Assembly (NCBI RefSeq): GCF_001194135.2
Contig: NC_068991.1
Location: 65,349,026 to 65,413,025, forward strand
Length of the DNA: 64,000 nt
Direction of reading: 5' to 3'
From: Octopus bimaculoides
Lineage: Eukaryota
The notes beneath the pieces are model-generated. The model saw nothing but the letters and a program-made list of their open reading frames with translations, did no database searches and was not told the DNA's origin. Positions 1 through 12,245 of the stretch are shown piece by piece (the first letter of the stretch is position 1; each line of letters begins with the position of its first letter). The position numbers and the translations under genes are program-made.

Positions 1-163
1 TTATGTTCGGATAAGACTTGCAGTGTCGACTTCCAAGAAGTTCCGGAATTTACAGAGAATCAATGAAATGGGATCAGTGACAGGTTGAAGGAATTCGGTG
101 AGGTTGAGATCGATGTTTGGACTAGAGAAACATCAAAACTAAAATAAATCTAATCTCGACTCA

Positions 164-285
164 TTGATAAAACCTGTCGAGATAGGATAGACAGATAGTT
201 TATTTGATAAAACCTGTCGAGATAGGATAGACAGATAGTTTATTTGATAAAACCTGTCGAGATAGGATAGATAGATAGATAGATA
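164..285 (+). repeat. 3 x 40-bp tandem repeat ending in (GATA)n, in intron 1 of the HRC-like gene
   Basis: Unit ttgataaaacctgtcgagataggatagacagatagtttat starts at 164, 204 and 244 (third copy partial). Confidence 0.9.
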
Positions 286-330
286 TAACGAAGTGAAGAA
301 AGGAGTTTATCGATGCTGGTTCGCACCTAC

Positions 331-516
331 CTTACAATATTCACAGTAGCCGCAAACTGAACCCCGAGCATATTCAATTTTTTCCTCGTCTACTTGAACT
401 TTTTCCTCTGTATCTTTTGCCTCTGAACTCTGTTCTTTCACATCAGCTTCGGCTTTAATTAGATTTAATAAACAAACCAGAAACAAGAAACCTGCGAGAA
501 GATTGCGGGACAACAT
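331..516 (-). CDS. First coding exon of an HRC-like secreted/ER-lumenal Cys-rich protein
   Basis: ATG at 516-514; the track's start at 546 is a TTG. Translation MLSRNLLAGFLFLVCLLNLIKA (signal-peptide-like), acidic EADVKEQSSEAKDTEEKVQVDEEKIE, then YARGSVCGYCEYCK, resembling vertebrate HRC YQPGSLCGYCSFC (recalled, not searched). Phase-0 donor AAG|GTAGGT at 330-325; the gene continues left of the window. Confidence 0.8.
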
Positions 517-1000
517 GCTTTCAGAATGTTCCTCGGCAACTGACAACTGTGTAGTAGTACGGGGTTATCTCCCTCTTTTTGTTTTTTGTCAGCGCTTCAC
601 TGCAATGCTTGTTCAAGTGTTTAACCAGTGCCAGTTAACGTGGGTTGTTTCGATTGGCTGCTATCTGGCACCTCGCCGAGCTGACTCAAGCGATTTTATG
701 TTAATCATAGTAGATTTGAAAATAACTATTTAGCTAGTCTTTCTTAACCTCTTTTTTGTTTTTCTAGTCCCGTCTACATATAAGAAAAATGTAGTCTGGT
801 ATGCAACACAATTTATTGTATAAAATTAGCGGTAGCCTCCTCCAAAAATAAATTTAGCAAAAATAGTGTGATAAAAATAATTTCCACATGGGATTCCCCT
901 AAATTTCGCTGCTTGTTATGAATGGCAGACTTGGATGAAAACCGGAAATTAATTAGCTAGATATCTGAATGAGGCCAGTTAAAAGATATTGGTAATGATG
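517..1000. promoter_or_regulatory. CpG-retaining promoter/5' region of the HRC-like gene, possibly bidirectional
   Basis: Many CpGs compared with the depleted intronic background; ATTGG (CCAAT box) at 653-657; CCGGAA (ETS-like) at 942-947; directly upstream of the ATG. Confidence 0.45.
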
Positions 1001-1930
1001 GAAGGCTTCTTACCTGAGTAATTAATGTTCTATAGAGCTTTAGTTTGTTACAGTCACGGCCATGGTAGAATACTGCCATCAATCGCTGTTCTTGTTCTTT
1101 AATCCCAGGTCAATCTGAGTGATCAAACCTATGATTAATGGCTCTCTAGCCATGACCATCATGCTATATTTTCAGATATGGTTTGGAGGGATTTTGGTTA
1201 GCTGGGGGTTGAATGATTTGTTGGGTTGAATTTCGCTGTGTGCGGTTTCCTAAATACATCCAAGTCCATTTTAAATTTTTGATAAGTCTGTTCATTTGGA
1301 CATAAGCTTTTCTATATTTACAATGCTTACTTGCTTGAGGTTGTATCATTGTTTGCCAGTACGGAATCATAAATATATGATGTGTTTGTGGCTAAGTATT
1401 AAACTAGTACTTATTCATGTTGTGAGAGGTGGGAAAATTATACGTTCATGGCAGACAAATGATTCTATTTAACCCAGGATCGAGCAGAAACCAAAAGAAC
1501 CTGTCTTCTCACTAACTGCTTATACCTCTCTCTTTTGATTCTGGTACACAACTTGATTTATAAGCAAGCGTTTGTAGAAAGTTATGGAAAATTCCACTTG
1601 AAATCATACATTTGAATGATTACAGCTGAAATATTATGTGCTGACCCATAGGCTGACATTGGCCGATCTGGTGTGGCCTATCTCTCATTACTGAGCTAAT
1701 ACAATTCCAATTCTGCACTTCACTACAATAGTATATCTAATGCTACATTATCCAATATTCCTTGTTCAAGATGGTAGGTGTAATCTACTGCTATATCTTG
1801 CAGGCTCTGTGACCACTTGGGTGCTTCCTTTATTGATGAACAAGAATAAATTTATTTTTGTTATTTAGAGGTTCATAATTGTTAGAAATTTCATACCTAG
1901 AATTATTATTATATACATATATATATATAT

Positions 1931-2093
1931 AATGGGATTCATTCAGTTTCTGTTTACCAAATCCACTCACAAGGCTTTGGTCAGCCTGAGGCTATAGTAG
2001 AAGACACTTGCTCAAGGTTCCATGCAGTGGGACTGAACCCAGAACCATGTGGCTGGGAAGCAAGCTTTTTACCACACAGCTATGCCTGTGCCT
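1931..2093 (-). mobile_element. SINE family A, 5' half
   Basis: Matches the head of the full copies at 58271 and 22046. Confidence 0.85.
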
Positions 2094-3254
2094 ATTTATT
2101 AATACTTTTGTATTAAAAAAATAGAAATTGGCTGTTGATAATATGAAACTGTATTCAGTGGTGAGACTCCAGTTGGAAGTTCTGGAGCTGTGGGGAGCAT
2201 GGAGCCATCCCTTAATTACCATTACTTACTGGTCCATTCTGACTTGGAATCGTAGTACCTGTCAGAACCCTATCTATGGGTTAAATAGAGTTTTGTAAGG
2301 GCAGATTGAGGTCGTTAACTGAGGTGAAAGCAATCAATCTAGGAGAAGAAAAACGTCAAGATTAATATCCTCTTCCAAATTAATACCCTAAGCCAACATG
2401 TATGGCTGATAAAACTAACATAAGTTATGTCCAATAACATAGATTCATACCATAGCAACAACTATCTCATGTTAATATGTATTCTGCTGTGGGAGGAGAC
2501 AGCAGTTTGCATAAAAGGAAAGTACTAGATATCCTGTTTGATACTTTTCCAATTTCACAAATCCATTGCCTTAGAGGAGTACTTTCTTTATTAACTCTGA
2601 ATGGATGAAAGGCAAAGTTGATTTTAGCAAGATTTGAACTCAGAGCAGAGCATTGGAATGAATACTACAAGTCATTCTATCTGACCCTCTAATGACTCTG
2701 CACACTCACCACCTGGTGTATTTAGGACTGTTATATTCAATGTAGCTTTTGTTTTTGAAGCCTGTTGGATGTGATTTGAGAGAAATTTTGCTACCTTTTG
2801 CAGTAGGTCAATGAACTATACACAGAGGCATTATGTTAGGAATGATAGATAATGATCTTCAGTTTCCTCACTGTATTCCAATGCCATATCCCACAAAGAC
2901 TAGCTTAACCTTTCATTCTCTTTTTCCTTCTTTTATTTTGGTTTTTGCAGGTTCTATAAAAATAAGTACCAGCGCTTGGCTATTCCAGTGCCTTGGCCTT
3001 GGCTATTCCAGTGCCTTAGCCATGGTAATGCCACGAGCATGTTGGCTGGCTTCAGTAGGTTCCGTTGAACCTTGTAGTATGTGACTAAATAAAGCACTTA
3101 CTGTTGAATTGAGTTCTTTCTTTTTCTTTTCTCATTCGTGTTTGTATTTTCTTCAGTTTTGGATTTGTATTTTAATGTGGTTTTGTATTATATCTGTATC
3201 ATGAACATACATGTTATATATATAATTATTATATTAAATTATCTAAATTTTCAG

Positions 3255-3329
3255 TACCAGTTATATACTGGGTTGATTCCAATTCAAGCACCTACAAAGT
3301 TTTACACTGTTGTTACTGACAGTTTCCTT
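3255..3329 (+). CDS. Candidate internal exon of an unidentified gene (YQLYTGLIPIQAPTKFYTVVTDSFL)
   Basis: ttttcag acceptor, GTAAGA donor, 75 nt, only one open frame (phase 0-0), GC above flanks. No homology recognised. Confidence 0.5.
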
Positions 3330-3705
3330 GTAAGAAAATTCTGAATAATGCCATGGGAAGATTTTGGCATTTATTTTAAATTGAATGTTTTCAAATGTTT
3401 TTTGTTTTTTTTTTTTCATTTTATTACAAAGTTCAAGGCTTCATATTTTTTAAGGGAGAGAAAAATGTAGCCTTGTAACATTAATATATTGCTCATAAGT
3501 GAACTGACATGAAACCAGTTTGCAGTTGAAATTTGATGGGAGTTTACAAATTGCTCCATTGTAACCACCACCACCACCAACAACAACAACAGCAGCAGCA
3601 GCAACAACAACAACAAACCAATGAGAAAGCATCTACATGCCTTGTTCTGCCATAGATAGCACCAAATCTCCTTTAAAACCATACCTTACTATCTTAAAAA
3701 AAAAA

Positions 3706-3893
3706 GACACGTAAAAGCACCCACTACACTCTGAGTGGTTGGCGTTAGGAAGGGCATCCAGCTGTAGAAACTCTGCCAATTAGATTGGAGCCTGGTGTAG
3801 CCATCCGGTTGCACCAGTCCTCAGTCAAATCGTCCAACCCATGCTAGCATGGAAAGCGGACGTTAAATGATGATGATGATGATGATGATGATA
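3706..3893 (+). mobile_element. RTE-type 3' end / SINE family C with (GAT)n tail
   Basis: ggttggcgttaggaagggcatccagctgtagaaa...ggacgttaaatgatgatg; further copies at 10446, 37600 (-), 47700 (-) and 58846. Confidence 0.8.
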
Positions 3894-4490
3894 TGATAAT
3901 GAAGTCCTAGATACATCATCTACATAAATGGGACGGTCACAGGTGGAGTACTAATATTCACATCATTCACTTTAGAATGAAAGACACAAGAGAATCGCCT
4001 CTAAATATACTTATGTAGTAATAAATAAAGCTACAGGAATTTTATTGTTAACTATAACATTGACTGGAATTAGCAACTTACTGAATTCACATAATGGGCA
4101 ATAAATTAAAAATACTTCAGTACATACAGTTACTTGTAAGGCATTGTAGCTATGTCACACATACACACACATATATATATTTAGATTATGCACTAAAACA
4201 GGAATAGCTTTTTGGGTTTTTTTTTAACTGTAGTATGTTTTGGTGTATATATTATTATTTATTCATTTATTTTTCGTTCTGTCTATGCTATTTTCTAGTT
4301 TCCGTTTCCTTTTATATTCTTCACAGTAACTTTTACACACGCTTTTGATTAATGATAATAACTCTTTTCAAACTGCAGCACACTTACCTACTGACCCACA
4401 TTTTATGTTCCTCTATCTCATGTTCACCTTTAACCTTGAATGTACACTTTCACTGTCTCTTTCTTTCTCTCTCCAGCTAAGAAACTCATG

Positions 4491-4770
4491 TACATGGCCT
4501 GATCAATAACTATCCGGACTGCTACCATAGTAACGAAGCTAAAGCATGCAGAGTAAAGCTGCTTGGCACAGATTGACCTTGAACTTTGCTGTGAATGTGC
4601 ACTAAGTTTTAATGTTCCAGCTGTCTTCTGCTATTTACAGCAATGCTTGGAAGGAATGTGTGTAGCATGTGATCGTTGCATTGACCTTGACAGAGAAAGT
4701 TGAGCAGAAAATCTGCATCAAATTTTGCCAAAAGATTGATGGTAGCTGCTCAGAAGCCTATGCAAAGTTT
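4491..4770 (+). mobile_element. Mariner-like element, left end plus transposase N-terminus remnant
   Basis: TIR-like tacatggcctgatcaataactatccggact, followed by EKVEQKICIKFCQKIDGSCSEAYAKF (mariner N-terminal HTH-like). Confidence 0.7.
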
Positions 4771-5240
4771 TCAAAAATTTTTCATTGTTCTCGGCACAAT
4801 CAAGGAGATCTTGTGCAACTTAAATGCGAGTGTCCTTTTGGTCTGCTGAAAGCAGTTTGGCACAAACTTGGCAGACATGCGTCTCCTACCCANNNNNNNN
4901 NNGGACTGAACTGAACTGTAACTAATCTGCACATCCTCTGATAACTCATGCATGGTGATTTGATGATTTTACTTCACAGCTGCATGCACATCTGCAATAT
5001 TTTTCTCAGTTCTGCTGGTTGTGGGTCTCTCAGAATGTTTGTCAATATCGACATCTTTTTGGCAATCTTGGAAACATCTGAACTATTCGTACACTTGTGT
5101 GCAGCTCATACACTCCTCCTCTCCATACACTATCTGCGACTTTGTGTAGGCCTCTCTGCAGGTATTGCCATGACAACTTTCTTTGTTATGGTCAATGCAA
5201 CAACCACACACTACACACGTTCCTTCCAAGTGTGGTGTGG
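4771..5240 (-). mobile_element. Second degenerate mariner transposase fragment, opposite strand
   Basis: Minus-strand reading YGEEECMSCTQVYE*FRCF..HSERPTTSRTEKNIADVHAAVK*NHQITMHELSEDVQISYSSVQS..RRMSAKFVP resembles mariner HTH regions and contains stops. Confidence 0.8.
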
Positions 5241-5269
5241 CATTTTGTCCATCTGCCACTATGTTCTGA

Positions 5270-5410
5270 GTTCAAATTCTTCCGGGGTCAACCTTACCTT
5301 TCATCCTTTAAGGGTCAATAAAATAAGTACCTGTAGAGCAGGTGGGGGTTGATGTAATTGACTTACTCCCTCCCCTGGACTTGGTGGTCTCATGCCAAAA
5401 TTTGAAACAA
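5270..5410 (+). mobile_element. Nin-domain-type SINE family D fragment
   Basis: gagttcaaattc...cctttcatcctttaagggtcaataaaataagtacc...gatgtaattgact; same family as 56604-56830. Confidence 0.7.
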
Positions 5411-5497
5411 ATATCTATAGTCTCAGTTGGTTATGTTTGTGAATCCAGTAGGGAAGTTTTATGACTGTTGCTTTTGATAGGACCCTAGGGAGGAGGT

Positions 5498-5886
5498 GTG
5501 GAGGGGCAATGGCCCAGTGGTTAGGGCAGCAGACTCGCGGTCATAGGATCGCAGTTTTGATTCCCAGACCGGGCATTGTGAGTGTTTATTGAACGAAAAC
5601 ATCTAAAGCTCCACGAGGCTCCGGCAAGGGATGGTGGTGAACCCTGCTCTACTCTTTCACCACAACTTTCTCTCACTCTTACTTACTTCCTGTTTTTGTT
5701 GTGCCTGTAATTCAAAGGGTCAGCCTTGTCACACTGTGTCACGCTGAATATCCCTGAGAAGTACGTTAAGGGTACACGTGTCTGTGGAATGCTCAGCCAC
5801 TTGCACGTTAATTTCACAAGCAGGCTGTTCCGTTGATCGGATCAACTGGAACCCTCGATGTCGTAAGCGACGGAGTGCCAAAAACA
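5498..5886 (+). mobile_element. Full-length tRNA-headed SINE family B with 12-bp TSD
   Basis: A-box-like tggcccagtggttagg and B-box-like gttttgattcc; TSD tagggaggaggt at 5486-5497 and 5887-5898. Confidence 0.9.
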
Positions 5887-6207
5887 TAGGGAGGAGGTAC
5901 CTGAGGACTCAACTGCTATGACCCTTCCAGGAATAGTGGGCATTGAAAATGAATGCATGGATAAAAATTAATTGGAGACATGCAGTTGGAAGTAAGTCTG
6001 TTCTTTGGAAGTTATAGCAACAACTCAACACATTTTACTTTTCATGTTTCCATGTTAGTAGACCTGAAGGTGCATGGTAAAGTGGTTAAGATAATTGGCT
6101 CATGATTATCAGGTAATACATTCAATTTCTGAGTCACTGAGTCCTTATGCAAGGTATTTCATTTCATGATTTAATAAGTACCAGATTTAATGAGTAATGA
6201 ATGAGTA

Positions 6208-6545
6208 GTGAAGGCACATGGCTCAGTGGTTAGAGTATCAGGCTCACGATCATGTGGTAGTGAGTTCAGTTCCTGGACCAAGCTGTGTTTTGTGTTCTTG
6301 AGCAAGACACTTTATTTCACGCTGCTCCCATTCACTCAGCTGTAGAAATGAGTTTTGACGTCACAGGTACCAAGCTGTATCATCCTTTGTTTTTCCCTTG
6401 GATTACATCGGCGGCATGGAAAGGGGAGGCTGGTATGTATTGGCGACTGCTGGTCTTCCATAAACAGCCTTGCCTGGACTTGTGCCTCAGAGGGTAACTT
6501 TTTAGGTGCAATCCCATGGTCTTTCATAACCGAAGGGAGTCCTTT
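6208..6545 (+). mobile_element. tRNA-headed SINE family E
   Basis: ggctcagtggttagag head, gagttcagttcc B-box, core gtgttcttgagcaagacactttatttcac; decayed relatives near 19790, 48350 and 50660 (-). Confidence 0.7.
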
Positions 6546-6774
6546 CCTTTCCTTTAATGAGTAGTAGCTTGGTGCTGGTGCAGTTCTCTCTCTCTCTCCT
6601 TCCGTTCGTCACTATAGCCAAGTCACTGACATGAGTGGAGATTACGAGTATGGAATTCACCCTTTTTATTAACGTGCTTCTATGAAAGTGTTGAAATTTA
6701 AATCCAAAATTTAAACTGAAATTTTATTAAATTAATGAAAAATATTAAGTTTCTGTTGACAAACCTTTATAAGC

Positions 6775-6947
6775 TACAATATATTCATTCGTGTATAAGT
6801 CACACCATTTTATACTTGATTCTAACTGGAAAAAAAAACTGGGGTATGACTTATACAAGGGGCCAGTTTGAATATGAAGAGAAAAAAATTTGTACCAAGA
6901 TTTAACACTAAATTAGGGGTGCGACTTATATCCGAGTAAATATGGTA
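6775..6947. mobile_element. pogo/Tigger-like MITE
   Basis: Imperfect TIRs ...gtgtataagtcacacc and ggtgcgacttatatccgagtaaatatggta. Confidence 0.55.
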
Positions 6948-7018
6948 GTTCTACGGAACTTCATATAATTCTTATCATTCATTTTATAATTTTTTTGTCA
7001 CTTATGGTGAAGTGGTGG

Positions 7019-7358
7019 TTGGCACACCATCAGTTACGACGACAAGGGTTCCTGTTGATCCGATCAACGGAACAGCCTGCTCGTGAAATTAACGTGCAAG
7101 TGGCTGAGCACTCCACAGACACGTGTACCCTTAACGTAGTTCTCGGGGAGATTCAGCATGACACAGAGTATGACAAGGCTGGCCCTTTGAATTACAGGTA
7201 TAACAGAAACAGGAAGAAAGAGTGAGAGAAAGTTGTGGTGAAAGAGTACAGCAGAGTTCGTCACCATCCCCTGCCGGAGCCTTGTGGAACTTTAGGTGTT
7301 TTCGCTCAATAAACACTCACAACGCCTGGTCTGAGAATCGAAACTGCTATCCTACGAC
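7019..7358 (-). mobile_element. SINE family B, running into an assembly gap
   Basis: Reverse complement of the 5498-5886 copy. Confidence 0.9.
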
Positions 7359-8432
7359 NNNNNNNNNNNNNNNNNNNNNNNNNNNNNNNNNNNNNNNNNN
7401 NNNNNNNNNNNNNNNNNNNNNNNNNNNNNNNNNNNNNNNNNNNNNNNNNNNNNNNNNNNNNNNNNNNNNNNNNNNNNNNNNNNNNNNNNNNNNNNNNNNN
7501 NNNNNNNNNNNNNNNNNNNNNNNNNNNNNNNNNNNNNNNNNNNNNNNNNNNNNNNNNNNNNNNNNNNNNNNNNNNNNNNNNNNNNNNNNNNNNNNNNNNN
7601 NNNNNNNNNNNNNNNNNNNNNNNNNNNNNNNNNNNNNNNNNNNNNNNNNNNNNNNNNNNNNNNNNNNNNNNNNNNNNNNNNNNNNNNNNNNNNNNNNNNN
7701 NNNNNNNNNNNNNNNNNNNNNNNNNNNNNNNNNNNNNNNNNNNNNNNNNNNNNNNNNNNNNNNNNNNNNNNNNNNNNNNNNNNNNNNNNNNNNNNNNNNN
7801 NNNNNNNNNNNNNNNNNNNNNNNNNNNNNNNNNNNNNNNNNNNNNNNNNNNNNNNNNNNNNNNNNNNNNNNNNNNNNNNNNNNNNNNNNNNNNNNNNNNN
7901 NNNNNNNNNNNNNNNNNNNNNNNNNNNNNNNNNNNNNNNNNNNNNNNNNNNNNNNNNNNNNNNNNNNNNNNNNNNNNNNNNNNNNNNNNNNNNNNNNNNN
8001 NAAAAAAAAAAAAAAAAAAAAGAGGAGAGACACAAAAAGTGGAAGGGCAAATAAAATAAAAAAAGAAAGTGTCATACATACTTTATTCCAGATGAGCACT
8101 GATTGAGCAGATGTCTACCAACACACACACACATTTATGTATACAGGTAGAGATATTAAAGGGTTGGATAGAATGCCTTGCAATATTCGTTCCTTTCCTT
8201 TTCACGCTGAGTTCAAATCCTGCTACGGCCATCTTTACCTTTCATTTTTTTTCATGGTCAATAAATAAAAAGTCCCAGTCTAGGGCAATGAATCAGCAGA
8301 GTTGTTAGAGTATGAAACAGGATGCCTTGTGGTATCTGTTCCGGATCTACGCATTTTGAGTTCAAATTCCATGGTGACACTTCTGTCAAAAGTTGTGACA
8401 GACAATATCAACAATTTGAAAAACCAAGTGTA

Positions 8433-8797
8433 GTCTTTGTTTCAGTCATTTGACTGCGGCCATGCTGGAGCACCGCCTTTAGTCGAGCACATCGACCCTA
8501 GTACTTATTCTATCGGTCTCTTTTTGCTGAACCGCTAAGTTACGGGAACATAAACACACCAGTATCGGTTGTCAAGCGATGGTGGAGGGACAAACACAGA
8601 CACACAAACACACATACATATATATATATATACATATATACGACGGGCTCCTTTCAGTTTCCATCCACCAAATCCACTCACAAGGCTTTGGTCGGCCCGA
8701 GGCTATAGTAGAAGACACTTTCCCAAGGTGCCCAGGACTGAACCCGGAACCATGTGGTTGGTAAGCAAGCTACTTACCACACAGCCACTCCTGCGCC
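8433..8797 (-). mobile_element. Near-full-length SINE family A
   Basis: Matches 58271-58684 along its length, including the internal (TA)n. Confidence 0.9.
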
Positions 8798-9409
8798 TAA
8801 TCTTCTGAACTTTGTCATTTGACATGCTAAAAATAGCAGCCAAATTTTCCTCAGATTTAACATTTTACTATATTGCAAAAGGAGGGACATAGATAATGTA
8901 GTGCTTGATATACAATGTTTAAGTGAAGAATAAGATAGTCATGGGTGGACCACCTATGGCTAGACATCTGCTCAGCCAGAGCTCATCTGAAGTTAAGAAG
9001 CATATTTGATACTTTTGAGGACGGATACATATCAAAAGATTATCCCATATACTAAGTCTTGCTGTTGTTGTCTCTGTCCTCTAAGTTACTTAGGTTTTAG
9101 TGTACTTTAGCCAGTTGGTAACCTCTTGACCCTGTACGAATTTCTATTGCAGAATATAATTTGTACCTACACACTCACATATGATGTGTTGAAGCAGCTG
9201 TAGTCAATTGAACTATATACAGTAAATATTTCCTGCAGACCAACAGTGGGATAAAATGCAATGCTGAATCTGACTGGAAGCATTTGAATTAGGTCATTAA
9301 TAAACAAAATTAACTACTGCTCTGCACAGTAATTAATCCATGCTGACCTACAGGCCCGATAAAAATATCAGAATAAATTATATTAAAATAATAGTTATAA
9401 TAGTCCTTT

Positions 9410-9610
9410 CTACTGTAGGCACAAGGTCTGAAATTTGGGGGAGGGGGGTAGTTGATTACACCGACCCAGTACTCAACTGGTACTTATTTTATTGACCCTG
9501 AAAAGATGAAAGGAAAAGTCGACCTTGGAGTTTGAACTCAGAATCTGAAGATGGATGAAGTACTGCTAAGCATTTTGCTGGGCATGCATACAATTCTGTC
9601 AGTTGGTTGC
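9410..9610 (-). mobile_element. Nin-type SINE family D
   Basis: ctggtacttatttttattgaccctgaaaagatgaaaggaaaagtcgacc...tttgaactcagaa. Confidence 0.8.
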
Positions 9611-9623
9611 ATTATAATAATAG

Positions 9624-9990
9624 AAACAAGAGCACTCAGAGGGTGCAAACCTCCACCAAGGCAACATCAACGTCCTCTCAATGATTAGCCAGAGATGATT
9701 TTTAAAATGAAAATATCTGAAATAAACTAGACTGCTCTCACAAACAAGGAGACTAAAAATGAACCTGACCACTCTCAAAGATTAAGTCAAAAATCAGGAA
9801 AAATAATCAAAAATCCTTGTCCAGTACTGGATCAATCCCCAAATCTAATCAGTTTGTGCCAGTCACAAGGCCAAACATCCCTGAAAGTTTTGTCTGAATC
9901 CATCCAGCAGTTCTTGAGATATCTTGTCCACGGACAAACAAACAAACACAACTGAAAATACCGTCACCTGCACTAAGGCAGAGATAATAA
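9624..9990 (+). mobile_element. Possible non-autonomous Helentron/DINE-like element
   Basis: Starts aacaagagcactcag..acctccaccaaggc; internal palindrome tccagtactgga and (ACAA)n; degenerate ggcagagataataa end. Classification from recalled architecture only. Confidence 0.4.
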
Positions 9991-11965
9991 GAATGGCTTC
10001 AAATTTTGGCAAAAAGGCAGTAATTTTAGTGAGTGAGGATTAGTTACAAGATTATTTATCTTGATTTACATTTGCATATTTTTGAAATAAGTAAAGATTG
10101 AAGTAAAACAAAATTTCATATTATATATTTTAGAGGATTAATAAAGCTTGTTGATTAGTTCTCATTAGTCATATTCATGCAAATTTTCACAATCAATTTT
10201 ATGAATTAATCCCCAGCACAACGTAGAAAGCAAGCTTGCTAGTATTCTTATAATGACTGTCCTCATCTCCATGCCCTACCATTCTCTTACCTTAAATGTC
10301 AGATTTCTTGAGGAATATTACCTAGGAAAATCCTTCCTATATGGATTATTCTTTTTCTGGAAGATTTTAGGAGAGTCAAAAAGCTGGTGTTATTTTCTTA
10401 TGCTAATAATGATTAAAATGTTACATTGAAGTAATATTTATGCATATCCAGCTGTAGAAACTCTGCCAAATTAGATTGGAGCCTGGTGTTGCCATCCGGT
10501 TTCACCAGTCCTCAGTCAAATCGTCCAACCCATGCTAGCATGGAAGGCGGACGTTAAACGATGATGATGATGATGATGATGTTGTGCCCTCCCCTCAAGA
10601 ACTGAAGAATGTATGAAGATGTTAAATAAAACAAGCGATTGAAGCAAGTGAACTTACCAGCAAGATGTGAGAGATTAAAATATAACAAAAAGCAGTTATA
10701 ATAATAAAAAATATTTTATTCAACTGGGGGTAAAGCAAGCAGATAGTTTGTGCAAATATAATTGCAATAAAAAAACAGAATATGAAATCAGTTTTATAGG
10801 AAAACCAGTAAAAATTGTGAGTAAATGAATACTCCATTAGTGATTAGCAATGCTTTGAGAACAAATCAGTTATTGAAATATATTTGAGAGCTGGAAGGTT
10901 TCTGATTAAATAAACTCAGATCATTTGAGAATTAAAAAGGTACCAATGAAACTATTGACAAAAGCATAGTTTTGATTTTTACACATTCTGTTTCTCTTAC
11001 AAATTTTAACTACTTTCATTTGTTTTACATTTCAATAAAGCAAATGATTGTGGCAGGAAAATATTGAGGTTGGATGAAATAAAAATGGAAAAGTGAATGC
11101 CGCAGAATATGTTGTTTTGAACTATTTTAGAAAGACAGAGACAAACTATGAAATCAATAACATCATGGAACTGCAAATTCCATAGTTAATATTTACAGGT
11201 TTGTAGTAAATTATTGCTTGGTAAAGTAAAACAAAATTACCAGAACATGTTTAAAATTAATTTTTCACACAAAATGATGATTGCTTCTGCCTTCTTAGTA
11301 GCAATATTTTGTTACTATTAAGCATGATAGCTTAAAAAATGCTGGGGATGTGGGATGGGAAGAAGTAGCAGCATGCTTGTTTGAAAAGCAGCAGATATTC
11401 ATAAAGAAACCATTTGAGGCATGAAAATGGAAGACAAAATATCATTGAAACAACAGTCAGAACAACATGGCTTATAACTGAAATGCAGTGATTTAATACT
11501 AATTACAGTGGGTGGAGTAAATACCCAAAGCTTTTTAGTTTAAATTATATTTGCATATGTTTCAACAAATAAATAGCAATATATACTGTTTTTAGCTTGT
11601 TTTTTTTTTTCACTTTCACACAATACTTTCTGGATCTGTTGACTTACAAATTCAAACAAACCAGATTAAGTTTTTTACCATCTGTCAAATTATTATCAGA
11701 GTAACAAAAGTATGAAATATATACATATAAAAAAAAAAAAAAGACTTAAGGGAAATACAAGCCCTTTTTGTAGAAATCTTGAAAGACAATTGAACTTCAG
11801 TTCAAATTAGCTTTTTATAAATATTTTATCACCCTAAATAAGATAAATGTTGGCGAAAACCATTGAGCAATGCAGATGGGGAGTTAAGCAAAATATATAA
11901 GATGATGTTGATGAATGGAAACAAAGAAGAAAAAAAAACTTATTGTATCATTTTAGATTGTTTAA

Positions 11966-12245
11966 CCCATTACCTATCAGTGATCTCATATAAGATCACT
12001 TAAAAATTACAAATTTCGTAATTATCAGTCAATATTTACACATATCTAACCTTTTTGCTATATCTACTAGGTATATTTCTCTGATATTCAAATGAGGTTT
12101 GCTAATTTTTCACCCAATATCTCGCTTATTTCTATTCAAAACATTATTTCAATCATTCCAGCGTGTTTCTAAGGCTGTTTTATGCTAGAAATCAAAGTTT
12201 CATAAAAAAAAAATTCCAGTTAATAGAATTATTGGAGGTAATGGG
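11966..12245. mobile_element. piggyBac-like MITE (280 bp)
   Basis: TTAA at 11962-11965 and 12246-12249; 10-bp TIR cccattacct/aggtaatggg. Confidence 0.75.

Noticed and set aside
164-285. 40-bp tandem repeat considered as a CRISPR-like array
   Set aside because: Units are contiguous with no unique spacers, and the context is eukaryotic.
5498-5580. tRNA-like heads of SINE families A, B, D and E considered as tRNA genes
   Set aside because: Only A/B-box-like motifs without a full cloverleaf, each continuing into a repeated SINE body.
7222-8106. Long ORFs in the track spanning N runs (also near 28.7-29.5, 42.3-42.8, 47.8-48.4 and 59.6-60.6 kb)
   Set aside because: Artefacts of translating assembly gaps as X.
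8569-8808. Recurrent similar short ORFs (e.g. ..GLLSVSVYQIHSQGFGRPEAIVEDTCPRC..) at many loci
   Set aside because: Antisense translations of SINE family A, not a gene family.
10254-10430. 58-aa hydrophobic plus-strand ORF and a possible minus-strand exon LFDSPKIFQKKNNPYRKDFP
   Set aside because: Both readings are within chance expectation for AT-rich DNA and have weak splice context.
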